A stretch of DNA of 64,000 nt from the NCBI GenBank assembly GCA_051003195.1, contig JBPCLP010000011.1, forward strand, positions 118,515 through 182,514, given 5' to 3'. The position numbers and the translations under genes are program-made. This document shows, one piece after another, positions 9,454-19,218 of this stretch; position 1 is the stretch's first letter; every line of letters begins with the position of its first letter. The notes under the pieces were generated by a model, which was given only the letters and a program-made list of their open reading frames with translations, did not search any database and had not been told where the DNA came from. Source of the DNA: Candidatus Sumerlaeaceae bacterium (lineage in GTDB: Bacteria > Sumerlaeota > Sumerlaeia > Sumerlaeales > Sumerlaeaceae).

Positions 9454-10410
9454 TTGATAATTTTGCGAATCGCACTTGCGCTGGTATTTGTCGCCACAGG
9501 GCAGTACCTGTTTGTGAATGCCGCGGGGCAATTTTTCAGCGAAAGCCTGATCTTTGAAGCCGGAGAACTGACAAAGCGGGACCGCTATGCCCAGGCCGAG
9601 CAGGCTGCAATCGCCGCAACGCGATTTAATCCACTTAACGGCTACGCCCAGTACCAGGTCGCCTCAAACCGGTATCTGCTGGACAAGTATGACGAAGCAG
9701 CCGAGCAGGCAACGCGGGCGTTGCCGCTTATGCCCCACCGTGCAAACTTGCTTCGCCTCAGGGGCGAATGCTATTACCAGGCAAGGCAATACGATCGTGC
9801 CGCAGCCGACCTGTTGAACTACTTTGCGCTGGTGCCGGACCCGCCCATGAACGCAGGGCACCTCATGCGGATCGCCGCCATCAGCCTGTTTCAGCTGAAA
9901 CAGGCAGGCCAGGCCACGTACTGGCTCAATCGGTCCGCGGCAAATGCGGCCAGTTTCGCAGACGCGCAGCGCGTGAAGACGGATACCGCCCTTTTGCTCA
10001 ATGATCCCGAAATGGCAGCCAATGCAATTTCCAGCCTGTTAAGCCGGCCAGCGCCAAACACAATCAACGGGCCAGAACACCTGAAGAATGCTATTCTTTC
10101 CAGCAAAGTGACCGTGTTCGTGCAGGCACTCGAACAGATCAGCAGCCGCTATCGAGATTCCCCGGTTCTGGTAAGGACACTCGCGGCCGCCTACGTACGC
10201 AGCGGGAAAATGACTTCGGCGGTGTCTCTGTTGAAGCAGGCCCTCGCAGCAAATGACGCGGATGCCGATCTTCATTTTATGCTCGGTGACCTGCTGTACG
10301 AACAGAAGAATTTCGGCGAGGCAGCGCAGCACTATGATCGCGTGCTAAGTCTCCAGCCCGACTCCGCCTATCGGCAGGACATCGAGCGACGGAAAGCCGA
10401 TATGCGTTAG
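9454..10410 (+). CDS. Tetratricopeptide repeat protein with N-terminal membrane anchor/signal
   Basis: Hydrophobic N-terminus; several TPR-like helices (LGDLLYEQKNFGEAAQHYDRVLSLQPD). Confidence 0.8.
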   Translation: MIILRIALALVFVATGQYLFVNAAGQFFSESLIFEAGELTKRDRYAQAEQAAIAATRFNPLNGYAQYQVASNRYLLDKYDEAAEQATRALPLMPHRANLLRLRGECYYQARQYDRAAADLLNYFALVPDPPMNAGHLMRIAAISLFQLKQAGQATYWLNRSAANAASFADAQRVKTDTALLLNDPEMAANAISSLLSRPAPNTINGPEHLKNAILSSKVTVFVQALEQISSRYRDSPVLVRTLAAAYVRSGKMTSAVSLLKQALAANDADADLHFMLGDLLYEQKNFGEAAQHYDRVLSLQPDSAYRQDIERRKADMR

Positions 10411-10418
10411 CCCTTCGT

Positions 10419-11684
10419 TCAGCTTTTCTGGTGCAGCGGAAATTGGATCGTCAGTTCGCTCACTTCACCGCGTATGCGCGCGCGCAAACCCGCATCATCA
10501 GGACTCTTCAGAACCTGTGCGATCCAGCTGGCAATCTGCGTCATCTCGGCCGCGCCCATGCCGCGCGTAGTTAGAGCCGGCGTGCCCAGCCGAATGCCGC
10601 TGGTTTCCACCGCACTCTTTGTATCGTAAGGAATCTTGTTCTTGTTGCAGGTGATTCCCGCCTCTTCGAGCAGCTGTTCCGCGAGATGCCCGGTAACGCC
10701 TAGCGGCGTTACATCCACCAGCAGCAGGTGACAGTCCGTTCCGCCGCTGCACAGTCTCAATCCTTCAGCCACCAGCCGCTCCCCCAGCAGTTTTGCGTTT
10801 TTCACAATCTGAGCGGCGTACACCTTAAATGATGGTTGGAGCACCTCACCGAAGCAGACCGCCTTCGCAGCGATCACGTGCATCAACGGCCCGCCCTGTA
10901 TACCCGGGAACACCCATTTATCGATCGCCTTGGCGTACTCCTGTCGGCACATAATCATGCCGCCGCGCGGACCCCGCAGTGTTTTGTGCGTTGTCGTCGT
11001 TACGAAATCGGAGTGCGGCACAGGCGAGTCGTACAGCCCGGCAGCTATGAGCCCGGCGTAATGTGCGACATCGCACATCAACAACGCGCCAACCTCTTTG
11101 GCGATCTCCGCAAACCTGGCAAACTCGATCTGCCGTGGGTAGGCGCTCGCCCCGGCAACAATCATCTTCGGCTTGTGTTCCCGCGCCTGGGAAACGACAT
11201 GATCATAATCGATGAACTCGGTGTCGCGTCGCACACCATAAGATACCACATTGAAAAACGCGCCCGAGAAATTGACCTTCATACCATGGGTCAAATGCCC
11301 GCCGTGCGCCAGGTCCATCCCAAGGATAGTGTCGCCCGGCTTCAACTGCGAAAAGTAAACGGCCATGTTCGCCTGCGCGCCGGAATGTGGCTGAACGTTG
11401 GCGTGATCAGCTCCAAAAATCTTTTTCGCGCGGTCGATCGCAAGCGTCTCCACGATGTCGACGTGTGCGCAGCCCCCGTAGTAGCGCTTGCCCGGCAGTC
11501 CTTCGGCGTATTTGTTCGTGAGTTCGCTGCCCTGCGCTTCCAGCACCGCGTCGGACACAAAGTTCTCACTGGCGATCATTTCCAGCGTGCCCCGTTGGCG
11601 TCCCCGCTCCGCTTCAATCGCGGCAAACACATCCGGGTCGATCGCTTCCAGGCTCTCTTTTTCCATATTCGTCGATACACTCAC
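10419..11684 (-). CDS. glyA: Serine hydroxymethyltransferase
   Basis: [29 protein letters not shown]-lysine motif. Confidence 0.98.
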   Translation of the reverse strand: MSVSTNMEKESLEAIDPDVFAAIEAERGRQRGTLEMIASENFVSDAVLEAQGSELTNKYAEGLPGKRYYGGCAHVDIVETLAIDRAKKIFGADHANVQPHSGAQANMAVYFSQLKPGDTILGMDLAHGGHLTHGMKVNFSGAFFNVVSYGVRRDTEFIDYDHVVSQAREHKPKMIVAGASAYPRQIEFARFAEIAKEVGALLMCDVAHYAGLIAAGLYDSPVPHSDFVTTTTHKTLRGPRGGMIMCRQEYAKAIDKWVFPGIQGGPLMHVIAAKAVCFGEVLQPSFKVYAAQIVKNAKLLGERLVAEGLRLCSGGTDCHLLLVDVTPLGVTGHLAEQLLEEAGITCNKNKIPYDTKSAVETSGIRLGTPALTTRGMGAAEMTQIASWIAQVLKSPDDAGLRARIRGEVSELTIQFPLHQKS

Positions 11685-12160
11685 TGCTTTGCACTCTGCC
11701 TTTCCATCGCGGCGTTGCTGATGCGCCGTCCCACTTCATCGATCTTCTGCACGCGGCCCTGATGGCGCCCGCCTTCAAAAGGTGTTTCAAGCCATGTTTT
11801 AAGGATCTGCTCATTGAGCTCGGGCGATTGCTCGCGTGACCGCAGCGACAGGCAATTCGAGTCGTTATGGCGCCGGCTCATAGCTGCCGCGTATAAATCC
11901 GTGACCAGTGCGCATCGTACACCGGGTACGCGGTTTGCCACCATGCTCATTCCAACACCCGAGCCACAAATCAGCACGGTCCGATCGACGTCACCCCCGG
12001 CAACAGCCTCGATGGCTTTCTCCGCCATATCGGGGTAATCGACCGATTTGTTTTCATCCGTTCCGTAATCGATCACCTCGTGACCGAGCTTCTTGATCCC
12101 GGAGATAAGCCGCCCCCGCTCTTCCACGGCGGCGTGATCGTTAGAAAAGGCAATTTTCAT
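11681..12160 (-). CDS. rpiB: Ribose-5-phosphate isomerase B
   Basis: [32 protein letters not shown]. Confidence 0.95.
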   Translation of the reverse strand: MKIAFSNDHAAVEERGRLISGIKKLGHEVIDYGTDENKSVDYPDMAEKAIEAVAGGDVDRTVLICGSGVGMSMVANRVPGVRCALVTDLYAAAMSRRHNDSNCLSLRSREQSPELNEQILKTWLETPFEGGRHQGRVQKIDEVGRRISNAAMERQSAKQ

Positions 12161-12205
12161 CAGGCAAAGTCCTCCTCTCCCTATACTGGAGGGAAGCGCT
12201 GGTAA

Positions 12206-14029
12206 TCAGATCGCGATGGTTGAAGTGTCGCTCAACTCCGGTACGGCTTCCAATGCAGGGCGGCTGGGTTGTTTGCGCGGATCCCGGCTCGCATACTTTT
12301 TCAGGCTTTTGCGCACGACTTTGTGCACACCTTCAATCGTAGATTGCGAGTACACTTCCTCTGCCAGCAGCTTGGCTTCGTTCAGGTTGATTGAGCGTAT
12401 CAGCCGCTTCACCTGCGGAATGCCCACGGCACTCATCGACAACTCGTCCACTCCAAGTCCCAGTAGCAATATGGCAGTCATCGGGTCCGCGGCCATCTCG
12501 CCGCACACGGTGACAGGGATGCCGTTTTTACGCGCCGCAAGCACCGTGGTTTTCAGCAGCTTCAGGACCGCAGGATGCATTGGCTCGTAAAGATATGCGA
12601 CTTTTTCATTTCCGCGATCTACTGCCAGCGTGTACTGGATCAGGTCATTCGTTCCAATAGAGAAGAAGTCGCACTCTCTCGCCAGGTCGTCGGCGACCAC
12701 GGCCGCCGAAGGCACTTCGATCATTGCACCCAGCTGCACCTTCGTATCATATGGTATCTTCTCGAATTTCAGCTCAGCCTTGGCGCGGCGGATGTGCCGT
12801 TTGACCTCGCGAAATTCTTCAACACCGGATATCATAGGTATCAGGATGCGTGTCGGACCAAATGCACTCGCACGGAGCATCGCCCGCACCTGGGCGCGAA
12901 ACATACCGGGATTCGACAGGCACAGGCGGATCGCGCGCTGGCCCATGAACGGGTTCAGCTCCCGGGTGGTCGCCGCATTGGTGAGGAACTTATCACCGCC
13001 GAAATCCAGCGTGCGAAAAACCACAGGATGCGGAGCAACCTTTTCAATCACTGCCTTGTAAATCGCAAACTGCTGTTCCTCAGCCGGTGGGGTGAGGACA
13101 TTCATGAACAGGAACTCGGTGCGGAACAGCCCGATCCCGCATGCACCATGGCCGCAGATGTGCTCGGCCTCTTCAAGAAGCTCGAGATTTGCCCGCATCG
13201 TCACCGAATACCCATCAATGGTCTCTGCGGCCAGCTCGCGTAGCTCGCGCAGTTCCATCTCAAAAGTTTTGAAACTGGCCTGCTCCCGCTCATAGTATGC
13301 CAACGTCTCCGGCGTCGGGTCGATAATGACTTTACCGGTCTGCCCATCGACGATCACTAATGCGCCGTGCGTCACCAGCCCGGTAATATCGGGCACTCCA
13401 ACTACGCCGGGAATCTCCAGCGCCTTGGCGATAATGGCGGTGTGACTCGTAGCGCCGCCCTTTTCCAGCGCAATGCCGCCGATGTGCGCGCCCATCAGCG
13501 GGGTCGTCTCCGACGGCGCCAGGTCCGTTGCAACAATTACCGAATTCGGCGGGAAGGTTGTATCCGTAGTTGAGCGATGCGGGGCCAGGTTGGCCTGGAT
13601 GCGATTCGCGACGTCCACAATATCGCTGTTGCGCGCACGGAAGGTCTCATCTTCCAGGGTACTAAGCACATCGAGCCAGCTCGTCACAGTACGGTTAAAC
13701 AGGTACTCGGCGTTTTTGCGTTCGCCGCGTATGGCGTTTTCGGTTCTCTCGATCAGCGCCGGGTCATTAAGAAACTCGGCCTGTGCGAGGAAGATATCCG
13801 CATGCCTCTCATCTATCGCCGCGGCAACCTGGGAGCGAATCTTTCCCAGTTGATCACGGGAAATCTCCACGGCCTTTCGAAACCGTGCAACTTCACCGTC
13901 GGTTTCCTCGGGCCTCAGCTCACGCAGCTCGACCGTATTCGTCCCAAACCGATTGAGCACAAATGCACGCCCAATAGCCACGCCCGGTGACACCGGGATA
14001 CCCTGTACTACGCGCTCTTTTGGTTCCAT
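12206..14029 (-). CDS. ptsI: PEP-protein phosphotransferase (PTS enzyme I)
   Basis: GATSHTAI phospho-His motif, GLFRTEFLF, FFSIGTNDLIQY, CGEMA. Confidence 0.96.
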   Translation of the reverse strand: MEPKERVVQGIPVSPGVAIGRAFVLNRFGTNTVELRELRPEETDGEVARFRKAVEISRDQLGKIRSQVAAAIDERHADIFLAQAEFLNDPALIERTENAIRGERKNAEYLFNRTVTSWLDVLSTLEDETFRARNSDIVDVANRIQANLAPHRSTTDTTFPPNSVIVATDLAPSETTPLMGAHIGGIALEKGGATSHTAIIAKALEIPGVVGVPDITGLVTHGALVIVDGQTGKVIIDPTPETLAYYEREQASFKTFEMELRELRELAAETIDGYSVTMRANLELLEEAEHICGHGACGIGLFRTEFLFMNVLTPPAEEQQFAIYKAVIEKVAPHPVVFRTLDFGGDKFLTNAATTRELNPFMGQRAIRLCLSNPGMFRAQVRAMLRASAFGPTRILIPMISGVEEFREVKRHIRRAKAELKFEKIPYDTKVQLGAMIEVPSAAVVADDLARECDFFSIGTNDLIQYTLAVDRGNEKVAYLYEPMHPAVLKLLKTTVLAARKNGIPVTVCGEMAADPMTAILLLGLGVDELSMSAVGIPQVKRLIRSINLNEAKLLAEEVYSQSTIEGVHKVVRKSLKKYASRDPRKQPSRPALEAVPELSDTSTIAI

Positions 14030-14238
14030 AACTGGGTCTGGCTATGCCTCGCAGCCAGTCAAACGCCGCCAGACATCTGCATGCAATCAATATTCTGTGG
14101 CTTTTGATCCCAAAGAACCGATTCAAATCCGGCGACGCTTTGCAGATATCGGCACCGTTTCAGATGCCGCAAAAGTTTTGATTGCGCATCGACCGACGCC
14201 GTGCGGCAAGTAGGGCTACGAAATACAGGGACGGTGGC

Positions 14239-14559
14239 ATGGCAGACCAGGAAGCATTGGGACTTATCGAAACGCGCGGATACGTGGGCGCGATTGAAGC
14301 TGCAGACGCAGCCGCCAAAGCAGCCCAGGTGGAAATTCTTTCGCGGCAGAAGGTTGATGCGGGACTGGTCACCATTATACTGAGCGGCGACGTGGCCTCC
14401 GTGCGTGCTGCTGTCGACGCAGGCTCCGCGGCCGCCAAGCGCGTCGGTGAACTTGTATCTTCGCTGGTAATTCCTCGTCCCGCGGAAGGCGTACGCGACC
14501 TGCAGTACCCGCCTGGGTCAGCTGCGAAACCCAAAAAGAACAGCCCGCCCAAAAAGTAA
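14239..14559 (+). CDS. Bacterial microcompartment hexamer shell protein (BMC-H)
   Basis: ALGLIETRG..AIEAADAAAKAA..GDVASVRAAVDAG..VIPRP; start placed at ATG 14239. Confidence 0.92.
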   Translation: MADQEALGLIETRGYVGAIEAADAAAKAAQVEILSRQKVDAGLVTIILSGDVASVRAAVDAGSAAAKRVGELVSSLVIPRPAEGVRDLQYPPGSAAKPKKNSPPKK

Positions 14560-14567
14560 AACCTCAA

Positions 14568-15431
14568 ATGAGCACGTCTTCGCAGGTGCAACTCGCTTCG
14601 CCTGCACCGTCCACCGCTCCAAAACGCATTGGCATCATCGCGGGCCAGGGAGATTTCCCGCTGCTCCTGGCGCAGGCAGCACGCAGCAACGGCGTGGAAG
14701 TGATCGTGTTCGCGATTAAAGGCTTTGCGAATCCGGATATCGGCAAACATGCCGACCAGGTTTTGCCCGTCGAACTTGGGCAACTGAATCGAACCATACA
14801 GCTCATGCACGAAAATGGCATTCGCGCGATCTCGATGGCCGGCCGTGTGCCTCATACATCCGTTTTGCAGTACCGGCACTTCGATGCCCGCGCGATGAAA
14901 CTCCTGGCCAAGAGCCTCAACCGGAAAGCGGACTCTTTGCTGAATGCTGTGGCCGCGGAGTTCAGCAGTGAAGGCATCGAGGTGCTCGACTCCTCGCTCT
15001 TTTTAAAAAGTCTTATGCCGGAGCCCGGCCTGCTCACGGCGACTCGCCAACTCACCACCGATGAGCAGGAGAACGTTGAATTCGGTTACCCGATTGCGAA
15101 AGTCGTCGCGGGGCAGGACATCGGCCAGACGCTTGTTGTGAAGGACAGAATCGTCGTCGCGGTCGAGGGACTCGAAGGTACGGATAAGTGCATCGCCCGG
15201 GCCGGTGACCTGGCCGGCGCCGGCTGCGTCGTCATTAAAGTAAGCAAACCCTCCCAGGACATGCGCTTCGATGTACCCGTGATCGGCCCGGGAACAATTG
15301 CATCCATGAAGAGCGCCGGTTGCACCGCACTGGCGCTCAGCGCCCGGGAATGCCTTCTGCTGCACCGCGAGCAGATCCTCGCGGATGCCGATGCGGCAGC
15401 GATTGCGATTACCGCCATTGCGCCGCGCTGA
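14568..15431 (+). CDS. lpxI: UDP-2,3-diacylglucosamine pyrophosphatase LpxI
   Basis: GIIAGQGDFP, DIGQ, AVEGLEGTD, KPSQDMRFDVPVIG. Confidence 0.93.
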   Translation: MSTSSQVQLASPAPSTAPKRIGIIAGQGDFPLLLAQAARSNGVEVIVFAIKGFANPDIGKHADQVLPVELGQLNRTIQLMHENGIRAISMAGRVPHTSVLQYRHFDARAMKLLAKSLNRKADSLLNAVAAEFSSEGIEVLDSSLFLKSLMPEPGLLTATRQLTTDEQENVEFGYPIAKVVAGQDIGQTLVVKDRIVVAVEGLEGTDKCIARAGDLAGAGCVVIKVSKPSQDMRFDVPVIGPGTIASMKSAGCTALALSARECLLLHREQILADADAAAIAITAIAPR

Positions 15432-15495
15432 GCTATTTGGCCACTTTACAAATAAATTTCCAGCGGGCCGGGTATCCGTAACCCGTTCACCTTCA

Positions 15496-15570
15496 GGCGA
15501 CGTAGCCAAGTGGTAAGGCGGAGGTCTGCAAAACCTCTATTCACCGGTTCGATCCCGGTCGTCGCCTCCA
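15496..15570 (+). tRNA. tRNA-Cys (anticodon GCA)
   Basis: GGCGACGTAGCCAAGTGGTAAGGC...CT-GCA-AA...GGTTCGATCCC...GTCGCCTCCA with encoded CCA. Confidence 0.96.
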
Positions 15571-15686
15571 TCTATTTTGCGTCAAGCGCAAAAAAGACAA
15601 TACGTTCACCTTGTCGAAACACTTGCATACGTCCTCGCAGACGTGCTTTACGTTGTTCGCAATCGTGTGGGGAGAGGTTTTGTAGA

Positions 15687-16196
15687 ATGAAGAAGCAGGC
15701 TCGTAACAGCCGTTCGCGCCCGGAAGAACGCGCAAAGCTGCGTGATTTATTGGAGAGATTCGGCTCGCTGCTCACGGACCGCCAGACGGCCATGGTGCGC
15801 GGGTACGCCGTGGATAACCAGAGTTTTTCAGAAATCGCCCGCCAGCAGGGCGTAAGCCGGCAAGCCGTGCACGAGGCTGTGCGCGCCGCCGAACGCGTGC
15901 TGACCGAATACGAGTCGAAGCTTGGTCACCTCGCCACTCCGCCCGCGGGCACCAACTTCGCCATGGGCGCCGCCGACCTGAACCAGGTTTTCAGCAAACT
16001 TGAATCCCTCAAAATGAAGATCGCAAGGACCGGAATCATTTACTCCGTCGATTGGATCCGTCGTGAGATTGATTCGGTCATGGATCTGCTCGCCGACCAG
16101 CAGCGCGAAGCAAAATCTCAACAGCAACCGGTCGTTGCGCAAATGCTGGTATCCGTACCCGAACCCGAACTGGTCGGAGCCAGCCAGACCGCGTAG
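15687..16196 (+). CDS. YlxM/UPF0122-like sigma-factor-type HTH protein with C-terminal extension
   Basis: FGSLLTDRQ...SFSEIA..GVSRQAVHEAV..AE..L..YESKL; GGAGAGG SD before ATG 15687. Confidence 0.75.
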   Translation: MKKQARNSRSRPEERAKLRDLLERFGSLLTDRQTAMVRGYAVDNQSFSEIARQQGVSRQAVHEAVRAAERVLTEYESKLGHLATPPAGTNFAMGAADLNQVFSKLESLKMKIARTGIIYSVDWIRREIDSVMDLLADQQREAKSQQQPVVAQMLVSVPEPELVGASQTA

Positions 16197-16203
16197 TTTC
16201 CTT

Positions 16204-16518
16204 AACCACGGATTTCACAGATTGCACGGATTCGTTCATTATCTGCGTCTCTTTCTCGGTAGAGCCTTACCTACCAACTGATTATTTCGCATCCAAGCAC
16301 AGATTCAACTCATTCAAAACCGTCTGCGCTGCCCCGATTATGGTTCGCGTTATTTCCTCATGTTTCATGATTGTCCGCCAGCCCTCCCGTGGTCTAAACT
16401 TTTCACCACGGATTTCACAGATTGCACGGATTAGGATAAAGAATTATTCTCATGCTTCACTGCTTGTCCATCAGCCCTCATCGAATGACAAATCCGTGCA
16501 ATCTGTGAAATCCGTGGT
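16204..16518. repeat. Three copies (two direct, one inverted) of 28-bp ACCACGGATTTCACAGATTGCACGGATT
   Basis: Copies at 16205-16232, 16405-16432 and reverse complement at 16491-16518; internal 9-bp periodicity. Confidence 0.9.
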
Positions 16519-16535
16519 AAAGAATTTGTCCAGAT

Positions 16536-17804
16536 TTACAGCTTTATCACCCGCGCCTTACTCCCCTCCGCCCCCTTCACCGCGTTACGCGTATCGACGA
16601 CAACCCGCGCGTTTTGCGTGACCTGGTTAACATCCAATACCTTGTGGTTGGTGACGATCACAACGCAGTCGGCCTGTTGCAGGATAGCGTCGGTCAGGTC
16701 TACGGACCGCAGCTGGAATTCGCCTTCGTCGAGTTCCGGCACAAACGGATCGGAGTAGCTGACCTCCGCGCCCATGCCGTGCAGCAGCGCGATAATGTCC
16801 AGCGCGGGGCTCTCGCGTACATCCTTTACGTCAGGTTTATAGGCCACACCCAGCACCAGGATCCGGCTGCCGTTCACAGGTTTACGGTCCTCATTCAGCG
16901 CTCGCACCACCTTCTCGACCACGAACTCCGGCATCGAAGCGTTGACCTCGCTCGCGAGTTCGATAAACCGCGCCGTGTAGTTCAACGTGCGCAGTTTCCA
17001 TGCGAGATAGTGGGGATCGATGGGAATGCAGTGTCCACCAAGTCCTGGTCCGGGATAAAACTTCATGAAACCGAACGGTTTCGTCGCCGCCGCATCTATC
17101 ACTTCCCACACATCCAGGTTCAGTTTGTCGCACATCAACGCGACTTCATTGACCAGCCCGATGTTCACGCTGCGGAACGTGTTTTCCAGCAGCTTCACCA
17201 TTTCCGCGCATCGCGCCGAAGACACCGGCACCACGTGGTCGAAAATCTTACCGTAGTATTCCGCCGCGCGTTGGCTGCACTCCGCCGTCACCCCGCCGAT
17301 AATCTTTGGAGTGTTCTTCGTGGTAAACTTCGTGTTGCCCGGATCGACACGCTCCGGAGAAAACGCCAGGAAGAAGTCCGTGCCTGCCTTCAGTCCCTGT
17401 TTTTCAAACTCGGGAAGCAGAAGTTCGTTGGTGGTGCCGGGATAGGTTGTGCTCTCGAGGATAATAATCTGGCCCTTGCGAATACGAGGCGCAATCTGCT
17501 CGACTGTGTTTACGATATAACTAATGTCCGGGTCCTTGGTTTTGCGCAACGGTGTGGGCACGCAAATGCTCAAGGCGTCCAGTTCGCTCACAACATTCCA
17601 GTCCAGTGTGGCGCGCACGCGGCCCGAAGCGCTCAGCTCTTTCAGCTCGCCCGCGTTTACATCGTCGATGTAGCTCTTGCCGGCATTGATCGAGTCCACC
17701 TTCTTCGCATCCACGTCAATACCCACGCCCTCAAAGCCACTCTTCGCCACTTCCACCAGCAGGGGCAACCCCACGTAGCCCAGTCCCACTACACCAACCT
17801 TCAT
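16536..17804 (-). CDS. UDP-N-acetylhexosamine 6-dehydrogenase (WbpA/WecC/TviB family)
   Basis: GLGYVGLP, ESTTYPGTT, FSPERVDPGN, GLGGHCIPIDP, DVRESP; start at ATG 17804. Confidence 0.93.
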   Translation of the reverse strand: MKVGVVGLGYVGLPLLVEVAKSGFEGVGIDVDAKKVDSINAGKSYIDDVNAGELKELSASGRVRATLDWNVVSELDALSICVPTPLRKTKDPDISYIVNTVEQIAPRIRKGQIIILESTTYPGTTNELLLPEFEKQGLKAGTDFFLAFSPERVDPGNTKFTTKNTPKIIGGVTAECSQRAAEYYGKIFDHVVPVSSARCAEMVKLLENTFRSVNIGLVNEVALMCDKLNLDVWEVIDAAATKPFGFMKFYPGPGLGGHCIPIDPHYLAWKLRTLNYTARFIELASEVNASMPEFVVEKVVRALNEDRKPVNGSRILVLGVAYKPDVKDVRESPALDIIALLHGMGAEVSYSDPFVPELDEGEFQLRSVDLTDAILQQADCVVIVTNHKVLDVNQVTQNARVVVDTRNAVKGAEGSKARVIKL

Positions 17805-17975
17805 TCGGTCCTCATCTGTTGCAGTTTTGCGCGTGCAAGGCGACTTAGCCACGTGGTCAAATGCAAGCGTGTATAATTAACCTGATGATTCTGCCAGTGG
17901 AGACACTTCCTGAGCCGCTGGTCTTTGAAACCACTAAAAGTGTCAATCTGACGTGGGCCGGGCATTCTGGACAAG

Positions 17976-18090
17976 CCACCATCGCGCCCGGTCGCACCAC
18001 GCGTCTGATCTTTCCACCATCGCGCCAGGTCGCACCACGCGTCTGATCCATCCACCATCGCGCCAGGTCGAACTACGCGCCTGATCCATC
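17976..18090. repeat. Three tandem 38-bp repeats
   Basis: CCACCATCGCGCC(C/A)GGTCG(C/A)AC(C/T)ACGCG(T/C)CTGATC x3 without unique spacers. Confidence 0.85.
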
Positions 18091-18420
18091 CCGCCCCGGC
18101 CAAATGACCACGCACGCGAACAAAAAACGTACGCCGCCCTGGTATAGTGTCCCATTAATTCGTCCACTGGTTTTGTGTGCCGTCCGAGCTCGAAAGCTTC
18201 CTGAAGAATAGCTATGAACTTCTGGGACGGCTCACTAGGAGTGCGTCACCGCGTGCCGCACCATACAACCCGGGCATTTCCTTTTACGCATCGCCTGCGA
18301 ATTTGCCAGGCTTCGGACCCATTCCGCAGCTGCCCAAGGAGCTGCCCCCAGAACTTCAAATGCGCACGAATAACGAGGAATGATGTGAGGATCCGAGTGC
18401 GCGGGCGGTGGCGGTTAGAG

Positions 18421-18541
18421 GCTTTTCAAGTTTTCAAGTTTTTCAAGTTTTTTTCAAGTTTGCGGTGTAGAAGATTGAATGGCTTGCAGATAAATCAAGT
18501 TGGCGAAAACGGGGTAATTTCGCCACTTGAAAAACGGTAAT
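18421..18541 (-). repeat. Hairpin element (GGCGAAATTACC family), left copy, with four trailing CTTGAAAA repeats
   Basis: Reverse complement of 18513-18541 matches 26127-26155 at 27/29 nt; four TTCAAG repeats at 18421-18460. Confidence 0.8.
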
Positions 18542-18954
18542 CCTCGCGTAAGAATTCGCCGCGGCCGTGGATTTCCGGCTTCCTTGCGCCCATCCCGCGT
18601 GGCATTTTTGCGACTTTGCGCCTGGCGGAAAAAGCCGCCCATGGCAGCTAATTCGTGAGATTCGTGGATAAAAATAAGGTCGCAGAAGTCCCTCTGCCGT
18701 CGGTCACGGCGTTCGGGCTGCATAGTTTTCAAAGAACGTGTTCAGCTTACTACGGGGGCAGGTATACACCAGTTGTGGAGGGCGTGTCACTTCCCTGGCG
18801 TACCCTAAAGGTGGACTAAGTCCAATAAAGTCGACAAAGATTTTGGGGCGAACACCGCAGAACTTTCGAGATCGGGAGCTGTCCCCCGATCCCCTGCGTC
18901 CCCAGCCCGGTAGATGGGTGGGTTGGGTCAACGATTGCACTTGTCGGTTGGGTG

Positions 18955-19191
18955 CTACTGCAACGCACGCCCAAAGAAGAGTTGGTGGATTTGCTGCGCC
19001 TCGGGTAGGGCACTAAAGCACTGCTTGTGGCATCCGCGGTCCGCAAAGCGAAATACCAGGTCACATTGATCCACAAACCAATCGCTTCCTCTGGTCAGAG
19101 GTGCATCGGGAAAACCCATGATGTCGTCGCCTTCCTGCAAAATGCCGCCACATACGGCGCATTTGCTGTGTCCAAGTGCGATCAATGCCAT
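18955..19191 (-). CDS. Small putative zinc-binding protein
   Basis: 78 aa, CAVC...HKQC; directly follows the Mrr gene on the same strand. Confidence 0.6.
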   Translation of the reverse strand: MALIALGHSKCAVCGGILQEGDDIMGFPDAPLTRGSDWFVDQCDLVFRFADRGCHKQCFSALPEAQQIHQLFFGRALQ

Positions 19192-19218
19192 GTCATTCCA
19201 GCTCCTGAAGCCCGGCCG

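Noticed and set aside
11681..14559. Sugar-phosphate-utilisation microcompartment locus (rpiB + BMC-H)
   Set aside because: The genes are divergent and separated by ptsI; rpiB-glyA linkage is a common housekeeping arrangement; no deoC, aldehyde dehydrogenase or pentamer gene is present
6620..15570. Prophage or island integrated at tRNA-Lys or tRNA-Cys
   Set aside because: No duplicated tRNA 3' end, integrase or phage genes were seen
15510..15686. N-terminal extension of the YlxM-like ORF
   Set aside because: It overlaps tRNA-Cys; a good SD and ATG exist at 15687
16614..17876. Long antisense ORFs (also 27283-28254, 42305-43675, 54781-55833, 60780-61991)
   Set aside because: Shadow ORFs opposite well-conserved genes, expected in GC-rich DNA, with no recognisable motifs
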